Shown here: piece after piece, positions 14,801 through 26,475 of the stretch
Numbering within the stretch: the first letter of the stretch is position 1
Layout of the letters: each line of letters opens with the position of its first letter
Assembly (NCBI RefSeq): GCF_022539665.2
Contig: NC_081333.1
Coordinates: 4,154,001-4,218,000 of the forward strand
DNA: 64,000 nucleotides
Origin: Daphnia carinata
Taxonomy: Eukaryota
Reading direction: 5' to 3'
Program-made: the position numbers and the translations under genes
The notes under the pieces: model-generated
Databases searched by the model: none
What the model was told of the DNA's origin: nothing
Seen by the model: only the letters and a program-made list of their open reading frames with translations

Positions 14801-16653
14801 GTCTCCTTGTTTTTTGGACGGTATGACAAAAAGATTTTGACTTACCTCTTTTTGATAACGAATCACGGTGAAAAAAAAACAGATGGTTGAACAACGTCAA
14901 CGATGCGCACAAAAAAAGTCTAGAGGAAAAACACGACGTAAGCAAACGATATCGGGTTGTTATTGCAGAGATAAAGTCGACATGCTTTCAATGGCTGCCA
15001 TCAGATAAATGCGGTCGTCGAACAGGTGTTCACCATCTACCGGCTGTTTGGCGAAGCGCATGCCTTGCGTTGCTATCATCACCTAGCGATCTTGGGCGTA
15101 ACTGCACGATTCGCGTTGATGCTCAAGAATTTGATTGGACTTATCGTGAAATCATTAGACAGTTGATCGAATTCGAGATGAAAGGCTGGTAGGATAGCGG
15201 TCCTGTTGCAAGAATTTCCTTTGATGATAAAATTTTTTTTTAACAAGACATGTTGACCGTAATCTGCCAAAATTCGGGAAATAATGATGTCTGCTAGTTA
15301 AGAATTCCCAATTTTTTGTTTTCCCGTATGGGCCCGATAAAGCGACCAAGATTGTTAACCTCGTTAGTTGCCATGTAACATCGTTAGGCTTTTGCTGATA
15401 AACACGCAACCTGTTCCAAGGTCAAAATGAGCCATGTCCAATAAAAGCACATGAAATCCGTTTTGAAGACAAAAAAAAAAAAGAAAAGTATGGCAAGACA
15501 AATTTATTGAATGCGGGCCTCACAAAAAAAAAGGCCAACCAATAAAACATAAATGGCAAATCGGTTTAGTACAAGGACACTGTCAGATGTTATGTTCTCT
15601 TGGTAGATAAAATCCTATGCTCGTTATCCGATTTTACTCCAACAAACTCCACACGGATCTCGTATGAAAGCGAAAACTTCGCGATTGGCAACCAAAGCGC
15701 CGATGTATTGCCAAGCAGCAATTTCACCTGAAGAAATCAAGTTAGAAAAAAAAAAACACATTAAATAGCGGTTTTCGTACATGCAGCTGCATTGATGTGC
15801 AAGGTACGACGCGTACCTCTTTTTGGCAGCGCACAGCACATTTCGCCGCCATTAATTTAAGTAGATGTCAAAGGCATTGGCTTTCCGTTTCTCCGCCATC
15901 GTTTTCGCTACAAGCGAAAAGAGCGGACAGAATGTACCCAGCTAATTTGAATAATAGCTTGATTACCGTGTGGTGACACACTTTTGTTTTTTTTTTTCGT
16001 TAAGAGAAGAAACAAAACTTTCATCCTTGGCTATTAACGTATATAATTGTTTCTTTTTGCCAAAAAAAGAATTACAAAATAAATGCTGCGGTTTGGGTGT
16101 TTAAACCCAGAGATTTCTACATTAGCCTTTTAGCTGTTTTTACTTTATTTGCTTTGTACGCGATAAGCCACATGACTATATTTCGAAACATTTGCATATA
16201 CGTCGTACAATGGCGAAAGTTGTTGACATTAAACGCAACATCGGGTTTAACGGACATCGGAAAAAAAAAAGAATTAAAAATTATTTAGTTAAAAAAAAAT
16301 GATATTTGCAAAACGAATTGGGGATGTTCAAAAAAAAATTTATCGAACGGACCGCCAAGAATAATTCAACATGTAAACACGGTAAGCGATCTTTCAACGT
16401 CAGCGACGACAAGTTGAGGATGACGTGAAAGAATAGCGACACGCGGATCGATCGCTCGTGACATCAGCGACTATATAGTAATAGGGTATTGCTCATTTTT
16501 TCACGCTACCGAACGACTTGGTCTACTACCGGTGACAAGAATATAAATGAAACCTACGACAATAAAATGGAATGTATCAACAAAAAAATTAGAAAACATT
16601 TTTTCTTTTTTGCTCGCAGAGTTCTTGATGGACATTGGCAACAGCAATGCCAT
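2849..16653 (-). CDS. Large (~1597 aa) mostly disordered Ser/Pro/Gln/Asn-rich protein, chascon-like; 7 coding exons
   Basis: Exons in transcription order: 16653-16618 (MALLLPMSIKNS, putative GC donor, tentative), 11043-11004, 10937-10765 (EEWIKKRKVEQVTTKQIETRVKRQVIVTEDGQVVDDSGPQVTTRTTEDTE), 10230-10054, 7863-7675, 7167-6988, 6847-2849 (3999-nt terminal exon). All phases are compatible and the other junctions are GT-AG. The blocks TKQIETRVKRQV..EDG.V..DSGP.V, LETSRWLDSHFGSES and KYYMGEDPF resemble insect chascon as I recall it (unverified). Confidence 0.8.
13010..13030. repeat. (CT)n microsatellite in the long first intron of the chascon-like gene
   Basis: Dinucleotide run read directly. Confidence 0.85.
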
Positions 16654-18103
16654 TGATGGTCCTCAACGAGAATCCCGTCTTGTTATGGGCGTTCCTTGAG
16701 AAGTTTCGGCTTTCACTCATGCAGTAGCTTTTTGCGAAGTAGAAGCCGTTTGTTATTTTTGTGACGTCGATGTGCTCGACACACACACAGACACACACAT
16801 ACTCACTCGCGTAGTTCGTTGAATTATAATTCAAAACTTCCCGCTCCGGACGGATCGCTTTAGAGAAAATGTGTGGCCTACGTGACTAAGGTCACGTCAT
16901 CCCTGGCTGATAATCATCTATAAGGATGAACTGCTGGTGCCGTTCCAGCAGGTTTCAGCCTCTAAAAATCAGAGAAATCTAGGTTATCGGACAGAACCCT
17001 GGCCAATCAGAGGGAAAAAAGGGAAGTTCTTGTCTCGGCTTTTCTACACATGTTTTTTTATTAGTTTTCTACACGACTTGAGGAGTTTTTTTTTTTTTAA
17101 ATTGAATTTACTGTATTTTTTTTTGTTTTGAAGCGGATTGGATAGATACGTTTATCTTTCATTTTTTCTTTGGTTTCGTGCCAGTCATAAACTACACGAG
17201 TTTACAGAATCAAAAGATCTCGAATTACAGCCAAGTTTTGTTTACGATCAATGTACACCTGACGTGTGTTACAGCATTTATACTACGTAACCGTTTTCAT
17301 TGACATAGAAAACCCAAAATGCTGTCTTATAAATCCATGCTGTATCCAAGTGTACAATTATGATTTTCAATAAAACTATTTGGCGAAGAGATATGAATTG
17401 GCGAAGAGTCTTATATGCTCACCTGATGCAAGTGTAAAGTACGTAGAGCATTTAAGAGGCCAAATGTGAAAGTGGAGATATGTCAGAAAGAGAGAGGAGG
17501 ACAAAAACACGTAGAACGAAATGAACCGAAAGAAAATGTAGAATATCTATAAGGGACGTTCATCAGTGACGCAGGTAAATAAGGGTACGCTGCGTAGATG
17601 TTGCCTAATCCGATCAAAATCTGATCGAGCGAAAGGTGCAAGTGAACGGCAGTCATCAACTTCTCGTTACGGACGTTGCGTAGCGCTTGCTACCTCACAC
17701 AAACCTGCTCAGCTTTCACTCTCTATAGGAAATTCATTCCGACGGCATCTGCACACGGTTCTATAACGTAAACACACCTAGACTTCTAATAGCAGCTAAC
17801 CTTTCGTGTAGCCACCTCCCCCTTTTTTTTCTTCTTTACTTCGTTTGCCTTTAAATAGCAGGGCAGTGTTCCAGCGCCGGTATCAGTGAGTATCCAACAG
17901 CCAGCCAGTTCATGTGAGGCAAATCTTTGTTGTTCTTTTTGTTTTGTTTGGCTTTTTGGACTGGATTGCAAAAGCCGTTCCAAGAAGGATCGCTAAATTC
18001 ATCCAAAAGACATTGTTTTTTTTTAGTGTTCTTTTCGAGTAATTTTCTTTTCACGTTGGAGGGCTCCAATCAAACGCCGAGGAGGGCAGCAGAAGTTGGA
18101 ATA

Positions 18104-18379
18104 ATGGAAGCTATCTTGGAATCCAACAAGTCCCTCTGGAAGCGCACTGGAAACATGGCTCTTGTCGTCGTCGGTGCCCTCTCGATTTTCCTTGCTTCGG
18201 TAGAAGAAGTCCATCTGTATGTCCCACCCAACCCCACCCCCCAAAAAATGAATTTTTACTTTTCAAATTCAATTTTTAATGCTATTTATTTACTTCAAAG
18301 GGATTTAGAACAATTCTGGACAGATCTAGGTGTGCCATCTCTGCTGCAGCGCATCTTACCTTACGTAGCGGCTGGTTAG
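18104..18379 (+). pseudogene. Truncated 5' fragment of a FAXDC2-like gene, or an alternative 5' exon pair for the downstream copy
   Basis: MEAILESNKSLWKRTGNMALVVVGALSIFLASVEEVHL, then a phase-2 GT-AG intron (18217-18300), then DLEQFWTDLG. This aligns with HIENGWVNLG/RVANGWNSLG at the same phase-2 exon1/2 junction of the two intact copies. Similarity is then lost and a stop follows at 18377-18379; no His-box exons. Confidence 0.5.
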
Positions 18380-19895
18380 ATTCAATGTTTAAAAACCCCG
18401 CGGATGATACCAAAACACACCTTTTAAAATGCTTATTAGAAAATCATGGTGATATTCATTCTTTGGCCAAAAACGAATAGTTTAAAAATGACGAACGAAA
18501 ATACAGCTCTTATATTTTACGACAACTTTCGTTGTTATCATTCCATACAGCGTGTTTCATTTTGGTTGCGAAGTTGATTGAACTTGAACGCGGATACGTG
18601 AAACAACAATCGAAGGCGTTTTCTCTTTTTGTTTTCCTTTCGACAATCATAATGTGTCGAATCACGAAACACCAATTAAATAATGGTAATAATGTACGTC
18701 ATCCCGGCGACAGGTGTTGCAACGGATATGCATCTTGTTATTCTCTCAAGCACGCATTCTAAACGCCAGTTTCTCTTTCGAAACGTAAAAAATATATTTC
18801 TTTTTAACACCACAGCTCGGAAGGACCGCAAACATGATTCGTGGAAAACTATTTGAGACGGATGGCTCTTGAAACATGATGGATTATTCTTGCTAAACCG
18901 ACCACCAATGCTGAATTTTTTTTTCTTTTTTAAATTAACAATTACGTGAATAAAATCTGAGATCTATGCGTGTGGATTTTCTAGCTGTTTGCTAATAGAC
19001 TTTTGCTTTCGGTATTCCGCAATTCCTTAGACATCCGGTGGCAGACATTAAAGGATTGAGCAACGTGTTTGTGTGCATACAATTTTTGAAAGACGTTCTT
19101 GTTCTCCGAAAATATTTTCACCAAACATTTATCATCGTTGACCGCATTCCTTCCGGCTCCCACACACACGTCGGTTTTTCACGAAAATTTTTAGGCCGGA
19201 ACGGCGCGTACCGACAATGTTCAAAGAAGCTTTTACGTTCCCGAAAATCGGTTGGAATTAGTTACAAACACAACTGTATTTAGTAAAGACATGCAATGCA
19301 ATGGTTGGACGGGGAAATAAGGAAAATAACATAATCTAAAAACAAAGACTACGTTGCCAATTTCCTTTATATGGATATTGAGTTTCCAATCGCGAGAGCG
19401 AGACGTCTGCACACATTAAGACTGGCGGTAGATGACATGTCGTGATTGTCAAAATAAGAAAAAGCTCGAGGGGAGTAGTAAAAAGTCCCGAAGAAATTGT
19501 GTTATTGTGTTAGCGTCTCGTTCTTTTCTATTTATCTTGTACAGTTCCTCTCTTTCGAGCTACGGTTTGGCATTGGCACTGTTTAATATTATGCAGATTT
19601 CACTGGCCAAATGTTCAAGAAGAATCCCATATAGAAATCAGGCAAAGACAACTCAGGTGTCTATGTCCTTTAGCCCTCCCCTTTGACCTCAATGTGTGTA
19701 GGAAATACCTTAACAAGAACAAAATAGATAGACCGTCACCGTTACTAGCAATATACCCTTTAATACTGCCCTGAGGAGACGTAGACCAAACTTAAGGCAG
19801 GTCTATAGCAACGGCCATTGAGCTTGCAGACTCATCTGTACCCCATTTCAGTTTGGGCTTTAGTCCCATGGCCCACACTTCCTGACTCTTCCGAA

Positions 19896-21114
19896 ATGAA
19901 AAACGGTTCGTTTTCATCGAATTTCAGTGAAAAATGGCAAATATTCTACGGTATTGTTCCACTAGTTCTCCTCGGCGTGGGTATTCCGCCATTGTGAGTT
20001 AAATTTCGGACTTAAAACAAAATACCAATTTGTTTGTTATCGTATCACTTGGCCTTCTTCACTCAACTTCTTGTTTGGATGTCCGTTATATACAGGACTC
20101 GTGTGGCGAACGGGTGGAACAGCCTTGGATTACAGATGCAATCTCGTTGGGAGAGAACCCTCGATTTAATAGGAGACGACAGTTTCTATCTCTACGTTTA
20201 CGGTATTTTATTCAATGACATAATCAATCGATTTTTTTAATGAATGAAAGGGGGAAAACAGGCATGAACGTGTGGAATATTATTTTGTACTGGTCTGTCG
20301 GACTGACCTACTTAATGGCCGAGACCAGTGCTTGGCCAAAATGGCTCCATCGTTACAAAGTACAACCGACAGCCGTCATCAATAAGAAACGCCTTTACTC
20401 GGTATCTTTTGTTTGTTTTACTTATACAAACACACCCTTTTTTTATACATAACGGACGATGTTTTGCTTTTCAATGAATGGCAGTTGATTACGGTCAACC
20501 TGTTCAATCAGCTTTTCGTGGCCGTTCCGTTCTCAATCTTCGGCTACTACGTACTGAAATTTCAAGGAATTTCACCCCCAATTCGAGAATTGCCAACATT
20601 TTTGCGCTTAATCACCACATTTGCCATCCTCATATCAATTCAAGAAATTGTAGCGTATTACACCCATCGGTAATAACAAGCGCAAATCATCAAAATTCCT
20701 CACTTATATTTTCTTCAAACTTTTAACAGGATGTTCCATCACCGATTGCTTTACAAATGGACTCACAAATGGCATCACGAGTGGACGGCTCCCATAGCCT
20801 TGTCTTCCTATTACAATCATCCATTGGATCACCTGATTGGCAACATATTGCCATCCACTTTGGGTTTATCGTTGACGAACGCCCATTTTTTCACGTCTTG
20901 GCTGTGGTTGACCTGGGCGACTCTTCGTACACTGTCGGATCACAGCGGCTATCACGTGCTGCCATTTCTCTCCCCAAGACGTCACGATTTCCATCATCTG
21001 AAATTTACAGAATGTTTCGGTGTTTGGGGACCCATGGATTACCTGCACGGCACGGAGACACTCTTTCGCGCTAGTCTATTAGCTCTAACCGAAACGGCTA
21101 AGAAAAAGCGCTGA
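19896..21114 (+). CDS. FAXDC2: Fatty acid hydroxylase domain-containing protein 2-like (sterol desaturase/FA hydroxylase superfamily), copy 1
   Basis: Exons 19896-19993, 20096-20202, 20262-20401, 20485-20669, 20730-21114 with GT-AG junctions. Intact His boxes YYTHRMFHH, HKWHHEW, YNHPLD, DHSGYH, HDFHH and C-terminal DYLHGT; the RYKVQP motif is typical of the family. Confidence 0.9.
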
Positions 21115-21961
21115 CAATACGAGCTTATATTCAACCAATTAAAATTTACCTACTGTACAATGAAAAACGAATAAAACATTTAATTTGTATTTTTTTTTTA
21201 TTCTGTCTGAGATTTGTGGGTTTTTTTCGATGATTTTTTTCAAACTTGAGCGACAAATGGTGTTTCACGTATAATGACAAGAGTGTTTTCTAAGTGATAT
21301 GGCAATAACAGGAATTCAGTTGTTAAGCCACTCGTCGCCATCATCAGCTGTTAGCGTTGATGATAGTAGTTGTACGTGGATATCAATTATTTGCCCATGT
21401 TGTTTCGTTATCTAAATGGGTAAGAAAAAAAATGAGTTCTATCAACCCTACAAAGTTGGATGGAACTAGAAATTATACGGTTAATCGTTCTGCAACAAAT
21501 GCAAATCAAAGGGATCTCGATGAACAGACCTGCCAGACTGCATTACGAAAATTGGCGTAGATTTCAAGGAATTGGATACGGGAAATTGTGTTTGTATGTC
21601 AACGTTCTGTTTCTTCTTATCGCACAGTTCCTATGCTTCAATTTCAACGAAGCAATACAGGTTTAGGATTTGACTTGTTTCATACTCGTAAGATTTCTAT
21701 TCAATTCTTTTGTTTGTCCGAAAGCTTCCAGCACAACGACGGGCATCAAGCGCGTTTCACCTCCGTCGCCCCGTTGGCCGTAACGTGTGGAAAACAAGAC
21801 AAACGACATGAACATCCTACCGTTGTATAAAAAAAAACATTCTTAAATAAGGGCAGAAATGCAATGTGAGATTTTTGAAGATTTTCGTCGTTTTAGAAAT
21901 GTCAGTCTAGGCTTCAATTCCGCAGGAGGCAGTTGACCGTTGATGATCACGTTCGTTCAAG

Positions 21962-23131
21962 ATGAAACGCAGTTGGTTAACGTTGAATTCTAGTGACAAA
22001 TGGGGAGCTTTGCACGGTGTTGTCCCCCTTCTTCTTCTCTGCGTCGTTATTCCTTACTGGTGAGCTAAATGGTGTTTCGCCAGTAATTCATTTTAAAATG
22101 TTCACTTTCTGGATCGTTGTGACAGGAGTCACATTGAAAATGGGTGGGTCAACCTCGGAATACGGACGCAATCTCTTTGGGATCGAATGCTCGACACGAT
22201 TGGCGATGATACATTCAATCTCTACGTTTACGGTATTACATTTGGTACTTTATTTTTCAAAAGAAATAATTTGATTGCAAAGGTTAAGAAAAAAGGACTG
22301 AACAGCTGGACTTTTGTCTTGTACTGGTCCGTCGGGTTGGCCTTCTTATTCGCCGAGACTTGTGCTAGGCCACAGTGGCTGCTTCGATATAAAGTTCAAC
22401 CGAAGGCAACGGTCGATCGCAAACGTCTGTATTCGGTATCTATTATTTATTTAACATCCTAAACGTCGTTTATGTTTCAATTACAACTTTACCTATCTAA
22501 ATTACAGTTGGTTACGACCGTTCTGGTCAACCAGTTTTTTGTGATCCTCCCATTTTCAATCGTCAGCCACTACATACTATTATTTCGAGGAACCTTACCA
22601 CCAATCCGCGAAGTACCGACATTCCAACGATTCGTGATCATTTTTGCCATTCTTGTTACAACGCAAGAAGTCGTAGGTTATTACACGCACCGGTAATGAG
22701 ACAAAGGACAAAAACAATCAAAATACAACTATATCTAACAGTTCTTTGAAAATTCTTACAGGTTGTTCCATCACCGGCTGATTTACAAATGGACCCACAA
22801 ACTGCATCACCAATGGACGGCCCCCATAGCTTTGTCCGCCTATTACAATCGTCCATTAGATCACCTGATTGTCAACATGATGCCGGCCACCATAGGATTG
22901 CCGCTAACGAACGCCCATTTCTTCACGTCTTGGCTATGGTTGACGTGGGCGACTCTTCGGACTCTGTCGGATCACAGCGGTTATCACGTGCTGCCATTTC
23001 CGTCACCGAGACGTCGTGATTTCCATCACCAGAAATTCACAGAATGTTACGGTGTTTGGGGACCTCTGGATTACCTGCACGGCACGGAGACACTCTTTCG
23101 CGCAAGCAAAACAGCCAGTAAAAGCCAATAA
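21962..23131 (+). CDS. FAXDC2: FAXDC2-like copy 2 (tandem paralogue with two His->Arg substitutions)
   Basis: Same five-exon structure as copy 1 (first exon 21962-22059, MKRSWLTLNSSDKWGALHGVVPLLLLCVVIPYW). Motifs YYTHRLFHH, HKLHHQW and DHSGYH are present, but YNRPLD and RRRDFHH replace YNHPLD and RRHDFHH. Confidence 0.88.
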
Positions 23132-23247
23132 TTATGTAAGACAGATATTGTCTACCACGCACATTTTATTTCCTTAGCCAACATGTTGTAGTCAATCAAT
23201 TTTGCTACAATTATACCAAGAGAGCAAACGTTTTAATGTTAGCCCTT

Positions 23248-24784
23248 TCAGCAAATTTCGCAAGATTTCCTGCAGTTGTTGTACATGTACGATAGATAAG
23301 TCGGATCGCTGCTACAGTATCCTGCAGCCGCCCACGATGGGCAATATTCATTGTCATCTTTGCAAGATGCTATGTATACAAAAAAAAAAAGGATCATCAT
23401 TCGCTGCATAATTCAGGATTATATAATTGCTTCACTTACGACAATCAGAGCTGCCGATCCCGCACGATTTCTTGCAGTACACATTCATGTAGCCGGCATT
23501 ATTGGTACATTCGCCAGCTTGAGCCCAATATGGACAATACTCGTTGTCGTCGTACACATCATCATAGGTCACCTCTAATATTTGAAATTTAAATAACGAC
23601 CGTGCTCCAATTAGGGACAACATGCCAGGTGATTGAAAACTTACTAGGTGGTGGTGGTTTATAGGGAGCTGGGCATTTGTAGAGCCTGTTTATTCTCAGC
23701 ACATCGACCTGAGAGTAAAGAGAAATTTGCATGCAGTTCAATCCATAGGATAATTTCAAATTCACCTTGCTAAATTGTTTCTCGTTTCCGAAACGGGAAC
23801 AGCCGTCAACTGCGGCCATTACAGGCCTCGATTGATCTTTGGGGAACGAATACGCATGGTAATGCATAATGGAATCTGCCAATCATAATTATTTATTTGT
23901 AGTTCAAAAATGAGGATCCTTCAAGGAGTACAAAAGCGAAGACTTACTGTAATCGTAAGGTGTTTCTAAGTTATTAGCCGCACCTGTGGATGTGTATCTG
24001 ATACCGTACGAAACCTGGTGTTGATCTGATATACACAAACATCACAATTCACATTACTATGAAAATTTAGTTTGGAATATCTGAATTAGTTCTTACCTTC
24101 GACGATGTTGTCGTAGAAAACTTTAATGTACTTGTCGCGATCATCTCGTTGCTGTTCGTGATAGAAGCCGAGGCTGTGCATCAGTTCGTGCATGACGTTG
24201 AACTTACGCAGGCAATTCTTTGCTACGATCAAAGACACGTACTGGACACCTCCAAGTCGTCCGACTTCCAGCTGTCGTTCTCCCCATTTACCAGTCCAGC
24301 ACAATCTACGTGAAACGATTTTTTTTAATGTATTTTTTTTAATGCTTTAATATTGTAAAACTTCTTACCCTGACGAATGCTCCGTGAAGATGATGTAATC
24401 TGATTGAGTCGTACGAGGTACAAATTTAATGCAAGTGTACTTGCCGAATTCTGCGATGCCATCGAGAATGATCGCCTTACTTGCCGCATCTGCGTGATCC
24501 ACATACATGAATGCGTGTTTTTAAAAAATTTCAAGTTTACATCCCACCGTATTTATTGTCTATCACGTACGGGACGATTCCGTTTGGCCAAAGGTGTGGA
24601 CTGTCGCCCACCGCTTGGCGATTGGTTGAGTTACCGTTCACGTCCTGCGAAACAGAGGGTATGCGTTGCCATGGTTACAAATAAAAGGACAACGCTATTT
24701 TACCCGATTAAAAGCAATAGGACACGCATTCGCCAAGCATAAAATGGAAGCGATTGCGACAAAAAGACGATACTCGAAATGCAT
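23248..24784 (-). CDS. Secreted astacin-family (M12A) zinc metalloprotease with two C-terminal ShKT domains; 9 exons
   Basis: Signal peptide [20 protein letters not shown] (exon 24784-24704); [11 protein letters not shown] (24644-24548); TCIKFVPRT (24489-24369); zinc motif [29 protein letters not shown] Met-turn; INRLYKC; Pro linker. Then ShKT-1 ([31 protein letters not shown]) and, after a GTAAG intron, ShKT-2 ([38 protein letters not shown]). Confidence 0.92.
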
Positions 24785-26404
24785 TCGTCTATGGTAAATG
24801 AATGTTTACGAGTTATGATATTTTGAAAAAATCGATACGGATCGTATAGAAAATTATACCGAATGCTAAAAATGAGAAACTTACGTGTGTGAGTAAATAC
24901 AGTGGGAAAATTATCTGAAAAGTCAAATTCCCGGCTATATAACGAATTAGCGTGTCCGGGAATGACGCTTAACAGAAGGGAGGAGATCTGCCACGTCGTA
25001 GGGTAATTGGCCAAAAGTCCTGCATTTTGTGTAGTGTTGCGACGCATCTGTGTGCATTGTGTACGTCAATCCCACATTTGTAGATTCAGGTGCCTTACAG
25101 CTGCGACATCGGAAGAAGGGTTAGCTCACCAGACTGTAGGACCTTTCCCAATCATTCAGCCATTAATTTAGGTAAATAAAAAATTTTTATAATTGTCACA
25201 AACGGATGAAGCAGTAGGCTATTTCAGGAAGGCCGGCCTCAAATTGATTTAGTTCATTTTTAGAAATGTGGGTGAATTCTTTTCCCATAGAACGGAAAAT
25301 AGTTTTCTAATTTTCTTACTGGCGTTCTGTTGATCGCCTTTCCGTACAACACCTTCGGCAATCATTTCTCCAACTCTTTGTGTTCGAGAGGAAGGGTCCA
25401 CAATTTTTCTTTGTCTTCTTGGCGTCCATATACTTCTAGTTCCTCACAAAATGTTATTCTCGTTTCCAGGAAGAGGCACAGCTAAAAGTGGGGCGTTAAT
25501 AAGTAGGGGGTCCCAAACTTTCTCCTAACAAAAAAGAAAAGATAAATCGATGACAGGTACATGCAGGTGTTTCACGGAGTTTGGCTTGATCTTACTAATC
25601 TGTATACACAATCAGCCACGTGAGCTATGAATAATGAGACACGTAACAGTACCGTACAATCGAGCAATACCTGCTGAGTTTGAATGGCGTTTTCGATCAA
25701 GTGAAATCCAACAGGTAAACGCAGTTTTAGCTGTGAACGTGAAATCTAGATGGCTGTGCTGGCTTACCAAAAGCTTTTAGGAACACGAAATTGTAAAACA
25801 CAAAAAGATGTTTTATAATTCCCTACATGTTTTTGCAAAAAAAGCTTCTTCGTACATAAAAGAAAAACTTGCCTATTGCATCGTGAGTCAGAGACTAAAT
25901 TCGTGACGAAAAGAACGAGGGCAAGAAACTCCATGCGTCTTCTTCTCTCCCATTATCTCTTTCATCTCTGCTCTTCGAACATTTTCAGATGTATGTCAAT
26001 TGTGCTTCCATTTATACAGCTTTTAAGTTTAAAAAAAAAATAATAATAATTCCCAATATATTGTGGCTATGACTCGGCCTTACCTTGAAAATGGATGTTG
26101 ATGATTGTATGCTAATAGATATCTAATAAACGCAAAAGAAGGAAAACAGAATTGTATCGTTTGCAAACAAGGATGAAAAGAGAACATCTGGACGAGCAGT
26201 GGCGTGTCTGGCCTTAAAAAAAAAAACTCATAACACGAACGTCTGAAACAAAGAAATGCGAGGAGTCCCGCGTCGATAGGAAGAGAAGTATACCGTGACC
26301 AACAACATACGGTATTTTCCTAAATTATAGCACTGCAGGGCAGAGCATTCGCTGTTTGGAGAAAATTAGGTTTCCGTGCAGAAAATGTAGGCTGAAAACC
26401 TGGG

Positions 26405-26443
26405 TATATAAGCAGCAGCTTCGGTTCTACATTTTCATCAGTC
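26405..26443 (+). promoter_or_regulatory. TATA box plus initiator of peptide gene copy 1
   Basis: TATATAA at 26405-26411 and arthropod Inr TCAGTC at 26438-26443, about 30 nt apart, just upstream of a CAA-rich leader and the ATG at 26476. Confidence 0.75.
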
Positions 26444-26475
26444 ACTCGACGCTTCAACACAAACAACAAACAACA

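Noticed and set aside
14887..15192. Higher-complexity stretch with a 101-aa ORF inside the long intron
   Set aside because: No recognisable motif and no coherent splice sites or partner exons; cannot support a nested gene without a database search.
25320..25436. Exon-like minus-strand block (AG...GTAAG; ..EMIAEGVVRKGDQQNA) upstream of the astacin, considered as the missing propeptide
   Set aside because: It lies upstream of the signal-peptide exon, its phase is incompatible with astacin exon 2, and it lacks FxGDI; at most a UTR exon or relic.
26310..26320. kappaB-like site GGTATTTTCC upstream of peptide copy 1 (and GGGATATCTTCC near 36941 upstream of copy 3)
   Set aside because: Short degenerate matches that are not positionally conserved among the three copies; insufficient as evidence of immune regulation.
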